Source of the DNA: Eledone cirrhosa
Taxonomy: Eukaryota
Assembly (NCBI GenBank): GCA_964016885.1
Contig: OZ024741.1
Coordinates: 56,358,001 to 56,422,000, forward strand
Reading direction: 5' to 3'
Length of the DNA stretch: 64,000 nucleotides
The notes under the pieces are model-generated. The model was given only the letters and a program-made list of their open reading frames with translations, made no database searches and was not told the DNA's origin. Of the stretch, positions 1 through 10,701 are shown piece after piece (position 1 is the stretch's first letter; the number at the start of each line of letters is the position of its first letter). A program made the translations under genes and the position numbers.

Positions 1-39
1 AATAGCATTGAGCATATTTCACTTTTAGAGTCCAGGATT

Positions 40-160
40 AGTATACCAACTACACTAAGATTGGTATGCCAACTACATCAGGATTAAGAATTGGTATGCT
101 AACTACACCAGGAATGGTATGCCAACTACAACAGAATTGGTATGCCAACTACAGGATTAC
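40..160 (+). repeat. Short degenerate tandem repeat (~23-bp unit gaattggtatgccaactacacca)
   Basis: ttggtatgccaactaca-type unit repeated 5-6 times. Confidence 0.75.
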
Positions 161-596
161 TGGATATATGAATAATCATAAAAACGGGGAATTTATGTTT
201 TGATAAATTTATGGTTTGCATAAGAGAAGTCCTATAGTTTATGTAGAATACTGACACCTGGAACTGATTACAACAGATGAGAATGATATTTTGAAATTAT
301 ATCTCGAGGATCATCATCACTGCTGTTTTACATTCATTTTTTAATGCTTGTATGGGTTGGGCAACAATATAATTACATAAATGTTAAGCTTATATGTACA
401 AATGACATACATGATTAAAAATATGGGTAACTTTGTAGAAATACCTATTAGGGTTAGAAACCAGGACCTTGTGGCTGCAATAAGAAGTTCACTTTCCAAG
501 TGATCTCATTGTAGCAACATGACAGATAAGAAATACATTGTGTGTGTGTTTGTAAATTGTAAAGAGTTACAGGTTGATACATATATATAATTATTA

Positions 597-785
597 AGGT
601 GGATTGGCAGTATCGGTAGAGGGTTGGGCGCCATGCTTTGAAGCATGGAGTTACCTCCCTTTATGATCTGAGTTCAAATCCCGCCGTGGTTAATTTTGCC
701 TTTCATCCTTACGAGGTCGATAAAATAAAGTACCAGTAATGCACTGGGATAATTGCTGGCCTTGTGCCAAAAGTAGAAACAATTA
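597..785 (+). mobile_element. SINE family A copy
   Basis: Same head, core and tail as 21474-21653. Confidence 0.85.
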
Positions 786-855
786 AATTACTGTTCATAT
801 TTTTATTATCGTTATGTATAAGAAAAACATCATCATTATTATTGTCAGGATATTA

Positions 856-1115
856 CGGTGGATTGGCAGAATTGTTACCCCGTCCTACCCATGCTAGCGT
901 GGAAGATGGATGTTAAACAATGATGATGATGATGTTAGACAAAATACCTTGTGGTATTTGTTCTGGCTCTTTACATTCTGAGTTCAAATCGCACTAAGAT
1001 CAACTTTGTCTTTCATCTTTCTGGGGTCGATAAAATAACTTTCCAGTCAAGTACTGGGGTTGATGTTATCAACTTTCCTTTCCCTCAACATTGCTGGCCT
1101 TGTGCCAAAATTAGA

Positions 1116-1146
<31 letters not shown>

Positions 1147-1150
1147 GTTG
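856..1150 (+). mobile_element. SINE family A copy interrupted by a short RTE-type (GAT)n 3' tail at ~880-935
   Basis: Head ggtggattggcagaattgtta resumes as gttagacaaaatacc after the insert; ends in a long (TAT)n tract. Confidence 0.75.
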
Positions 1151-1645
1151 TTGGTGAAGCCACGCTTCTTATCGCCTCCAGTCTTTTTCAACGTTTTACC
1201 TCTTTTTCAACCGTTCTAAACCTTTTATTCAAGTTTTAAATTTGATAAAAGTTTAGAAGAAGTGACCCACCTAATACAGGGGTTCACTAGTAAATAATAC
1301 GGCACCCCTTTACGGGGTGTCGTATTCGTATTTGTGTAAAAATATTTTTTGAAAAATTTCAACATGGATAACACAAAAAAGAGAGAGAGCGCTGTCAGAC
1401 AACAGAGAGAGGGAGACTTTATCAGCATGTCAACAAGACAGCGTTCCAGCGGAGGTAAATATAAACGAAAATATTACAAAGGAAAAAAAGATTGTTACAG
1501 ATTTAAAATTACCAAATATTTCTAACACAAACAACAGCAACAACATCACCAACAACATCACCAACAACAACACCAACAACAACACCAACAACAACACCAA
1601 TAATAACACCAACAATAACACCAACAATAACACCAACAACATCAC

Positions 1646-4600
1646 TTAATAATAATGAAATTATTGTGTACAGTGCTCAGGTGCACTACAACTCATCAAA
1701 GGTGCATGTATAGTACATAGAATAATGTACAAATGTCAGGAAAATAAACAGTGTATGAGTCATGATATAATAACAATAACAATAATGAAATATTGTGCAC
1801 AGTGCCCAGGTGCACCACAACCCATCAAAAAAGTGCATGTACAGTACATAGGGCAATGCACAAACATCAGTAAAATGAACAGTGCACGAGTCATGATACA
1901 CACGTGTGCATGTGTATGGAAGGGGCACATCAGGTGTAGTTTTGGCGTATTTCGGGAAGCATGAGTGTCTTAAAGGATGCAGTGTCTCGGCAGCTAACAA
2001 TTGACGCAGGCAGTTTGTTCCATGCTTCAGCAACTCTGAGCGTGAAAAAATGTCTGCGAAAGTCATGGGAGCTGTGCTGTTTTCTTATCTTGTAGGCATG
2101 TCCACGTGTGTTAGACACATGGAGATCAAAGAGGCGCTCAAGGTTGCAGTTGGCGAGATGGTTAAAAACTTTGTGGGTATTCACCAAGTCCATTGCCAGA
2201 CGTCGGAGCTTCAATGAATCCATGCCCAGGGAAGCAAGGCGTTCAGAGTATGGTAGGTGTCTGATGGAGGGTATGCGCTTGGTTGCACGTCTCTGAACAG
2301 TTTCCAGGAGGTCAATGTTCCGAGCAAGATAGGGGTTCCAGACTGATGATGTGAATTCCAAGTGTGGTCGCACCATAGCTGTATACAGTTTTAAATAGAT
2401 GGCTGGAGAGTGGCTAACAAAGGTCTTGCTGAGTGATGCCAAGACACCCTCGGCCTTCTTGACAATCTTAGAGACATGCTTTGTCCAACGCAAATCGTTG
2501 CTGACAGTAATGCCCAGGTCACGTTCACAAGAGGACTTTTTGATGTCAGTGTTGTGGAGGGAGTATGTGGACGCTGGATTTTTCCTTCCAAAATGCATGG
2601 TGGTACACTTGTCCACAGCCAGCTTCAGTTGCCAGTCTGTGATCCATTGCTGCATTGTGTCCAGGTTTGATTGTAGGAAAGAGTTGTAAATTTCAGGATC
2701 AGTCCTTTTGATTTCAAAGTACAGCTTGATGTCATCTGCATATTTTAGTACCGTGGCATTCTGTAAGTTGGCATCTATGTCATTAATATATGCCACAAAC
2801 AAAAGAGGACCAAGAACAGATCCCTGTGGTACACCAGATGACATCTCATATGGTGAAGAATGCTGTCTTAGAACCGTGACTACTTCCTTTCGGCTGAGAA
2901 TGAAGGATTTCAGCCAGTCGAAAAGATCATCCCTCACACCCATTGCAGAGAGTTTTGCCATAAGTCTTTTGTGTGGCACAGAATTAAAAGCCTTAGCAAA
3001 GTCAAGGTAAACAACATCCACCCATGAGCCGCTGTCAGTGATCCGGGTGATGTCCTCAAGGAACTCGATAAGCTGATCACAGCAGCTGGAGTTAGGGATA
3101 AATCCAAACTGTGAGGGCCGGATGAGGCTGTGAGAGCTCCAGAAGTTCCAAAGTGTTTCTCTGACACAGGATTCCATCAGTTTGGCCATACAGCTAGTAA
3201 GACTGACTGGACGATAGTTGACAGGTGACATGCGGTTGCCCTTTTTGAACAGGGGAATGACACTGGCAGTTTTCCACTGCTCCGGAGTAGCACCATTGCT
3301 GAGACAGTATTGAAAGAAAAAAGAAAGCTGGCGCAAAAGGAAATCCCCGCCACGTTTGAGAAGCAGGTATGTCACACCATCAAGACCAGGGGAGGCATAG
3401 TTGCGCTTATTCTTAAGGTGACGTCGCAACATTGCAGGTGTAAATTCCATAGTTGTTATGGAATTTGATGTTGGAGATGGTACATTCTGGTTTTCAACAG
3501 TAAAAATACTTGCATAGCACTCAGCAATGAGTTCTGCGCATTCCTTGGGATCGTCAGTGATCTGGCTTGTGTGGGGATTGCGAAGAGGACCAACTGGAGA
3601 GTGAGGTCTCTGCTTTGAATGAACATATTTCCAGAACACCTTACTGTCAGGATTGGTTGCGATGCACTGTTCAAATTCAAGCACTGCCTTCTTTGTCACT
3701 TGCTTGAGATGGTTAGAAGATTTATTCCGCTTTTTTCTGTTGGCATCTGATCTATGCAGTTTATATTCCCGTTCAGCGTTCCGACGTTCTTTCCTGGCAA
3801 GTCGGACCGCTGAAGTTTCCCAGATTGCACTTTTGGGGTGGTTATTTTTCCGCTTCCGTGGCACTGATGCTGCACACGCTATCCATATTGAGTCCAGGAT
3901 GCTCTGGAGTATAGAGTTCACATCTCCAGAGTTATACATCTCATGCCAGTTTGGGCGCTGTAGCTCAGTGCAGTACAAGTTCCAATCCGCCCTCTTCCAA
4001 TCAAAGCAAGCAGATTGGAGATGGCTCTGGTTTTTGTTGCTGCCCTCAAGTGCCAGATTGGCAATGATCATAGCATGATCAGAGTCGCCTAGAGGTTCCT
4101 CAGTAGTACAACTGATAACCACTTCAGGAGTAGTGGTGAAGATCAGGTCCAAAGTGTTGTCACCTCTTGTTGGAGAGGTGAGTACTTGTGACCAGTTTGA
4201 GTCCAGCACTAGTTCAAGGAAATCGTTTGCACCTTGTGGCCAACGAAAGGTTTCCCAATCGATCTCAGGATGATTGAAGTCACCTGCAATAAACACATAA
4301 GTGGCTGTTTTCTTGGCAGCAACTCTGAGGATATCGCAAAGCTGTGTGTCCTGATGGTAGTTTGGGGGGCGATAAACAACACCAAGCAGAAGTGTTGACA
4401 TGGTCATACGTATGTCACAGAAAAAAACTTCTTCCTGTGATTCGTTCAAATCAACGCAAGGAATTACCGAAAAGTTTGAACGAACGTAGACCATCACACC
4501 ACCACCACGGCGGTTAATGCGGTCCTTGCGGAAAAGGTTGTACCCAGTAATGGTGAAAACCCCATCACAGAGTAAGGAATGTGCCCATGTTTCCGTGACT

Positions 4601-5150
4601 GTGATGAAGTCAGGGTCGATGCTTCTGACGTAGGATTCGAACAGATGTATCTTGTTGCATAAACTGCGAGCATTTAAGGACAACAATTTGTACCCTGCTC
4701 GCAGTTTATGATGGTGTGTAGAGGGTGGCAGGTTGTTCTGGTTTAGTTTCCCAGAGTTGTAGCAGTTTTTACATTGCCAGTTATTGTGGGTAGATCACAC
4801 TCAGACCAGCTGGTATCTCTCTTCCACGTTTCACCAGCCTTGACAAACCTCCAGATCTGCCCATCATCACGCAGACTGAAACTTTCATCTTGTGCTGAGT
4901 TCCGATTTAAGGAAGCTGCAGCACGTAGTTTTGGACGTACATGGGGTGGTAGGCCTGGGCGTGTTCGGAAGGTAATCCGATTTTCACGCCCAGCTTTAGC
5001 AGAGGCCAGATGATATGAGGTTGCCTCTGCGGGGTCCGAGAAAGACAGCCTGATGAGTCTGGGTTTTGGACCAGGTCGACCAAGGCGGAGGGCACCCTTT
5101 GGGGGAACACAGCCTAGGTCTTTGGCTGAGCTGGCAGCAAATGCCTGAAG
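1646..5150 (-). mobile_element. CR1-type LINE, 5'-truncated within ORF1, inserted antisense into Tx1 copy 1 ORF1
   Basis: ORF1 C-terminal remnant (LRLGRPGPKPRLIRLSF), intact ORF2, tandemly duplicated 3'UTR, (ATT)n tail; candidate TSD ATCAC at 1641-1645 and 5151-5155. Confidence 0.9.
1930..4686 (-). CDS. CR1 ORF2, APE endonuclease plus reverse transcriptase, uninterrupted 918 aa, no AUG start
   Basis: LNARSL, VTETW, GDFNHP, SDH (APE); YLDFAKAF, SGVPQGSVLGP, YADD (RT); CR1-type C-terminus ERDLG, RPHLE, QRRATK, TRGH, FFTLRV..WNKLP. Confidence 0.93.
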   Translation of the reverse strand: MLSLNARSLCNKIHLFESYVRSIDPDFITVTETWAHSLLCDGVFTITGYNLFRKDRINRRGGGVMVYVRSNFSVIPCVDLNESQEEVFFCDIRMTMSTLLLGVVYRPPNYHQDTQLCDILRVAAKKTATYVFIAGDFNHPEIDWETFRWPQGANDFLELVLDSNWSQVLTSPTRGDNTLDLIFTTTPEVVISCTTEEPLGDSDHAMIIANLALEGSNKNQSHLQSACFDWKRADWNLYCTELQRPNWHEMYNSGDVNSILQSILDSIWIACAASVPRKRKNNHPKSAIWETSAVRLARKERRNAEREYKLHRSDANRKKRNKSSNHLKQVTKKAVLEFEQCIATNPDSKVFWKYVHSKQRPHSPVGPLRNPHTSQITDDPKECAELIAECYASIFTVENQNVPSPTSNSITTMEFTPAMLRRHLKNKRNYASPGLDGVTYLLLKRGGDFLLRQLSFFFQYCLSNGATPEQWKTASVIPLFKKGNRMSPVNYRPVSLTSCMAKLMESCVRETLWNFWSSHSLIRPSQFGFIPNSSCCDQLIEFLEDITRITDSGSWVDVVYLDFAKAFNSVPHKRLMAKLSAMGVRDDLFDWLKSFILSRKEVVTVLRQHSSPYEMSSGVPQGSVLGPLLFVAYINDIDANLQNATVLKYADDIKLYFEIKRTDPEIYNSFLQSNLDTMQQWITDWQLKLAVDKCTTMHFGRKNPASTYSLHNTDIKKSSCERDLGITVSNDLRWTKHVSKIVKKAEGVLASLSKTFVSHSPAIYLKLYTAMVRPHLEFTSSVWNPYLARNIDLLETVQRRATKRIPSIRHLPYSERLASLGMDSLKLRRLAMDLVNTHKVFNHLANCNLERLFDLHVSNTRGHAYKIRKQHSSHDFRRHFFTLRVAEAWNKLPASIVSCRDTASFKTLMLPEIRQNYT

Positions 5151-6985
5151 ATCACCAAAAATAACAGCGGTAAAGTCGAGAACGACAATAACAAAAATAA
5201 CAGCGGTAAAGTCGAGAACGACAATAACAAAAATAACAGCGGTAAGGTCGAGAACGACAATAACAATGACAATAACAACAGCCACAACAACAATAATAGT
5301 AGGAACAGTATCAACAAAAACAACAATAATAACAACAGCCACAATAACAGTAACAGCAGCAACAGTATCAACGAAAACAACACCAACAATTGTACCAGCG
5401 GAAACAACAACAATGACACCGATACCTGTAATAGCGACCTCAACACCACCAGTAAGACCAGTAGTGGCAGCAATAGTGGTGCTGCTGAAAAAGGGACCAC
5501 TTCTTTTGCAGGTGTCGCCCGAAATATCGAGACAGTGTTAGTCACAGAGGAGGAGATGGCAGTCGCAAGGGCCATGGTGACAAGAAGCGCAAATAGAGTT
5601 CTCCTGAAACCTCCACCTGATTTTTTTCAAGGAACAGCAGCTACGGACGGTGACTTACCGCACCGTAAGCAAAATCTCACATCGAGTGGAGAGAGCCACG
5701 GAGGCTCAAATCCAAAAGGCCTTGGGGTGTGTCTGGGCACGCAAAACCCACATCACCCGAGGCAGAAAGTACGCCACAGTAGACGTACTTTTCGCCACCC
5801 CCCAGGAAGCAAAGTCTCACTCTTTGGAAACCTAAAGAGTGAGGAGTTAGTCTTGGTGCCCTCCTACTGCGGGAAGAAAATTGTGAGGGTCAAAGTGACC
5901 CAGGTCCCACCCGACGTGCCCATACCTTGGCTGGCCGCGTCTGTCCTTGCTGGAATTGAGAACAGGGCGACCATGCTGCAAGTAGAAAAAATAGGGAGAG
6001 AGAACTGGTCAGGTATAGGCATGCAAATGCTTATACAAACTGACAAGGAATGTATCGAGGCTATCCCCGATATCATAGACTTCGAGGAAGGACTCCAACT
6101 CCCTATAAGTGTAGAAGGAAGACGGCCAAAATGTTATCTCTGTGGGTCGAAAGGTCACCTCAGGGCCTTTTGCCCGCAGAAGACACCGAAGATGGCCCCT
6201 CTCCTTCCAATACCTGGTCCGCTGCTACCAAGAGCAGGACAGGCAACAAACGAAGAAGCCCCTTCCACGGTGAGTAGGAGGGCAACTTCCGTAGCACCCG
6301 TACCAAGGCCATGGATAACTAAAGCAGCATCATCAGTAACGGCAACACCAATAGCTACATTTGAAATAGCAACAAAATTGCCGAAGAGGGCTCCACTACC
6401 ACCACCAACAGCCGTGGAGCACATACCCCTCCCAGACGCCACAGAATCCGACATGGAGTTTGAGGCGGGAGTGACGTGGCAAACAGTCTGCCACAAAAAA
6501 CAAAAAACCCCTTAGATTCACCCTCCAAAAGCGAAGGCATACAAAGAGGGGTAAAGGCAACAAGGAAACTTGCAGCAACACCACCACAAACACCAACAAC
6601 GCAAACACAAGACACACACACAAAACGGCAACAAAATCACCCCTCCCCCAAAAAAGTACACAGCCATAAACATAGCAAAAAAAGAACTCATAAAATATAT
6701 AAAGCAGCACACAGACATCACGGAAAAAAACTACTACACCCCACCAACACCAAGAACTCTCCCGACAAACATAAGTATCATCGAAATCTCAATAGAACAA
6801 TACAAACCTTTAAAACAAAAATTCCCCAACGCAGTTGGAGACTTCAGAGGGACGGTTACCAAGAGAATATACACTGACATCCTCTTGGAAACACCCATGA
6901 CCAGCGAAAGGGACGGTTCTACTGTCCCTTCACCACACGAACAAGGTAAGTGACCCTTTCTCATTTGCCCCGTTTCTCATCCAAC

Positions 6986-9900
6986 ATGGCTGTACTCAGA
7001 ATAGGCAGTATAAATGCACGTGGCCTGGGGTCATCTTGGAAGCAGGGTCACCTGCTCAATGACCTCAGGTCACTAAACATAGATGTGGTGGCCATCAGTG
7101 AAACCAGAATCTCCGAGGCATGGGCCTTCGCACCGATCTTCGGCGCCTACGATGTATACGTATCTCCCAGCCGTCCAGGATCGGGGGGAGGGGTTGCCGT
7201 CCTTTTTCGGAGAGGCTTGGATCTCGCGATACGGGCCATCTTCCTGGACCCAGAAGGTAAGTCGGTGGTGCTGGACGTGACCGGCAGCGAAGGCAATGCT
7301 TTCAGGCTAGTAGCCGTCTACGCCCAGCTGGGGCAGGACGGCCAGATTTCTTCAGACGTCGGGTCATCCAGATCGTATCTAGATGGGGTATTCTGCAGGG
7401 AACTAGATAAGGCTAGTATAAGTTGTCCACAATTTAAAATAGTCGACTACACAGACCACAAATTTGTGATCTGTGAGATCGACATAGACAGACTTCATAG
7501 ACAAGGGCCTGGTTACTGGAAGCTGAACACGTCTTTCCCGGCGCGCAAGGCCTACAGAGACCGGATTAGCGTATTAGTTAAGCGGGCGTTGACGGAAGCG
7601 GTCGTCAACAACAGGTGGTGGTTTGCCCTTAAAAGGGCAATTAAAGTAGGGTCGATTAGGTTTAGTAAAGGAGTAGTGATAGAGGAAAATAGAGTAGAGG
7701 GAGAGCTAGTCAGAAAGCTAGAAGAGGCGTTTAGGACAGGCATCGCAACCGACGTGCTTGCGGCGAGATTGGCACTCGACCAATTCTTCAACGCAAAACA
7801 CGAAGGCTGCGTTGTCAGAGCTAGAGCGCGTGCTCTGAAACACGAGGGGACAAAAGCTGTCCAATGGGCCCGGGTGGCAGAGGTGCGATGTGGCAACAAA
7901 GCCACAATTCGGTCTTTGTCTGACCAAAACGGGTGCATGATGCTCGAACTCGAGCGGATGTCTGAAGCTTTTCAGCAGCACTTTGCTGAACTGTTCGGGA
8001 GCAGCGGCGGCCCGGATCGGGGCATGGACTTCAGTGCATACCTCGACGGACTGCCTCGGCTCTCGACGACCGCAGCACAGTGCTGCGAAAAGCCAATAAC
8101 AACCGGTGAAATACGCGAAGTGATGGCTAACTGCACAAGGGGTAAATCGCCAGGTTTAGATGGTCTGCCCTACGAGCTTTATGCATTTATGCCAGACTTG
8201 TTCGGTGACCTCTTGGCAGACGTCTACTGCAACTGGCAGCAGAACGGGAGCATTCCCAGTTTTATGAGCCGGGGAGTAGAGGCGCTGCTGAGAAAAGACC
8301 CGAACAAGGGGGATGTTATCGATAATTTCAGGCCCATAACCCTGCTAAACGCAGAGTTTAAGATTTTGGCCAAGGTGTTAACAACGAGGTTAGCGCTTGT
8401 CGTCAAGGGTCTGGTGGGAGAGGCGCAGACATGCGCCATTCCGGACAGATCCATACACGACAACCTCCACCTCATGCGATACATCATAGAGAGGGTGGTT
8501 AAGGAACCTGGCAAGGGTGGGGCCCTGATCAACTTGGATCAATCCAAAGCATTCGATAGGGTCGACCATCGGTACCTGGCGGCGGTCCTCGAGGCTGCCG
8601 GTTTCGGGCCCGTTTTCAGGCGTTGGATCGCAGCAATGTACAGCGACATCTGCTCAGTTGTGAGGGTGAACGGTCACCTGTCGCAGCCATTCAGCATCAT
8701 GCGCTCAGTCCGCCAGGGTTGTCCCCTTTCGTCCCTCTTGTACGTATTGGCTCTCGAGCCGTTACTGCACAAACTGGGGGCGATGAGGGGCGTCCCACGC
8801 GAACTAGGATGCGGGAAATCCGAGTCGGCTTACGCTGACGACGTCACCGTGGTGGTGTCGAGCATCAGACACGTCCAGATGCTCGGCACCGCTCTCAAGG
8901 AATACGAAGCGGTGACAGGAGCAAAGATAAACCAGGAAAAGTCGGTGGGCTTGCAGCTCGGCACCTGGAGAGGCAAGTCCATGCCGTCTGACAGCGTCGT
9001 GGGGCGTTGGATGGATCGGTTAAATTGCTCGGGGTCTGGTTCGGACCGGACCTCCAGATGGAGAAAAACTGGAACAAGGTGACGAACAGGGTGGCCTCCC
9101 TCACCCAGAAATGGGCCGAGAGTAGGCTGTCCCTGAAAGGCCGGGCGGAAGTGGCGAATGCATGCATCACATCCGTCATCTGCTACCGCCTCACCGTCCC
9201 TTGCTCCGGCCCAACTCTCACCAAAATGGAGCGCCTCCTCTTCCACTTTTTGTGGAAGGGACGCGCTCCCATGGTCAGACGATCCATCTGCTGTCAACAC
9301 CCGTTGCGTGGAGGACTGGGCATGCCATGGCTGATGATGCGCAAACATGCGCTGAGGCTGTGACATCTCTGGTGCTTCCTTGATGGTGAACGGGTGTGGT
9401 CGGCGTTCGCCAGGCATAGCTCGTCTCCTTGACGGAGCTGCAGTCCTGGGTCAGAAAAAGACCGAGGGATAGCGCTTGGAAACTGGAATGTCTCCAGGCG
9501 CTCACTGCCCTCTCCCAGTTGGGCACCAGTATCGGTGGAACATCCACCTCGGCGTTCTATAGAGGACTAGTGGAGGGGAAGAGCGACGACATTCTCGGAG
9601 AGATCCTGGGCGTCGAAGAAGATCAGCTGTTTGCTCTCTTCCGGAGAACTCTCAGCCTGGGGCCTATGATTAACTTCCAAAAATCCCTGGCCTGGCAGTG
9701 ATACCGGGGAGCGCTGCTGGTTCGAGATAAGCTCTACAGGCACGGAAGTGCCGTCAGCCGAGCCTGTCCGAGATGCGCGCATAGCGACGAAACCGTTGTG
9801 CACGCACTCGTTCAGTGCCCGAGCATTGCTGACTTGTGGAGCTATGTCGAACAGTTGCTGTCACGTGTGGGACTGATCCGGTTGTCGACTGAGTCCATTG

Positions 9901-10181
9901 TGCAGATGGTCTCGCCGTCTTCCTTTGAGGAGGAAGGGCAGGTGGTTTTCATCTGCCTGGTGGCCATGGCGAAAGAGATTGTGTGGTGGACAAGGTTAAA
10001 AGGATTAAAGACAAACACTTTCCTCTTCGGCGAATACCTAATTAACTTTTTCAAGTTTCACTTGAAGAGGAAAATCAGGGTGGAGAGGCAAGTGCTGCTT
10101 TCTAGCAAGTTTGTTGAAAGGTGGGTGAATGTAGCGAGAATGGTCCGAGTGAACGGGACCACTCTGAATATACGTCTGTAG
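6986..10181 (+). pseudogene. Tx1 copy 1 ORF2 (endonuclease-reverse transcriptase), disrupted
   Basis: Colinear with the intact ORF2 at 12816-16235 but split across ORFs 6950-9082, 9007-9363, 9429-9701 and 9798-10181. Confidence 0.9.
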
Positions 10182-10701
10182 TTTGAGAGATGGAAAAATT
10201 GAGAGAGGGCGCTTGCCCTGGTAGTCAGGGTGGCCGTGGTCTTTTGTGTGGTTTTCGCCACGAGTAACCCTCGGAGGTTTCCTCCCTATTGGGGAATTTT
10301 TCATTGTTTCAATTTTCATTTTATTGTTTATATATATATATGTTTTATGTCTTTTTTCTTTTCTTATATAAATAATAAAAATATTTACATGCACAAAACT
10401 CACATCATACCGTCCTGTTCCGTCTGTGATGTTTTTCTTGATGTCAGCCTTGTGGCCAATAAAGAAATCATTATTATTATTATTATTGAATGCCATGGTT
10501 GACGGAGGCTCGGCTCTGTAAGGTATAGTAATTTTTAACCGTTAAAACAATTGTAAATTGTTTAAAACTTGAACCAAATTGTTGATAAAGACACCCTCCT
10601 CCTCGTGAGAGGGGTCTTTCTGTCCGTTATTTGGCCCTTCGGGGCTAAATAACCAGTTATTGGGGTTTTGTACCCAATATTCATTTTAAACAAAAAACAA
10701 C

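Larger units (their letters stand above)
1153..10487 (+). mobile_element. L1/Tx1-clade LINE copy 1, full-length but decayed, with nested CR1 insertion in ORF1
   Basis: ORF1 pieces with CCHC knuckle (ISVEGRRPKCYLCGSKGHLRAFC); ORF2 with APE (INARGL, SET), RT (KSPGLDGLP, VRQGCPLS, YADD) and C-terminal CPRC..ETVVHALVQC; frameshifts, stops and an ~200 bp APE deletion near 7360; AATAAA plus (ATT)n tail. 5' boundary approximate. Confidence 0.9.

Noticed and set aside
1430-1645. Poly-Leu/Val hydrophobic ORFs (also 5114-5575, 10944-11483, 11841-12464, 44354-44557, 49619-50056)
   Set aside because: Antisense translations of (AAC)/(CAC)-rich low-complexity sequence.
6950-6985. ORF2 start at 6950 as given in the ORF track
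   Set aside because: Homology with copy 2 places the start at ATG 6986 (MAVLRIGSINARGL).
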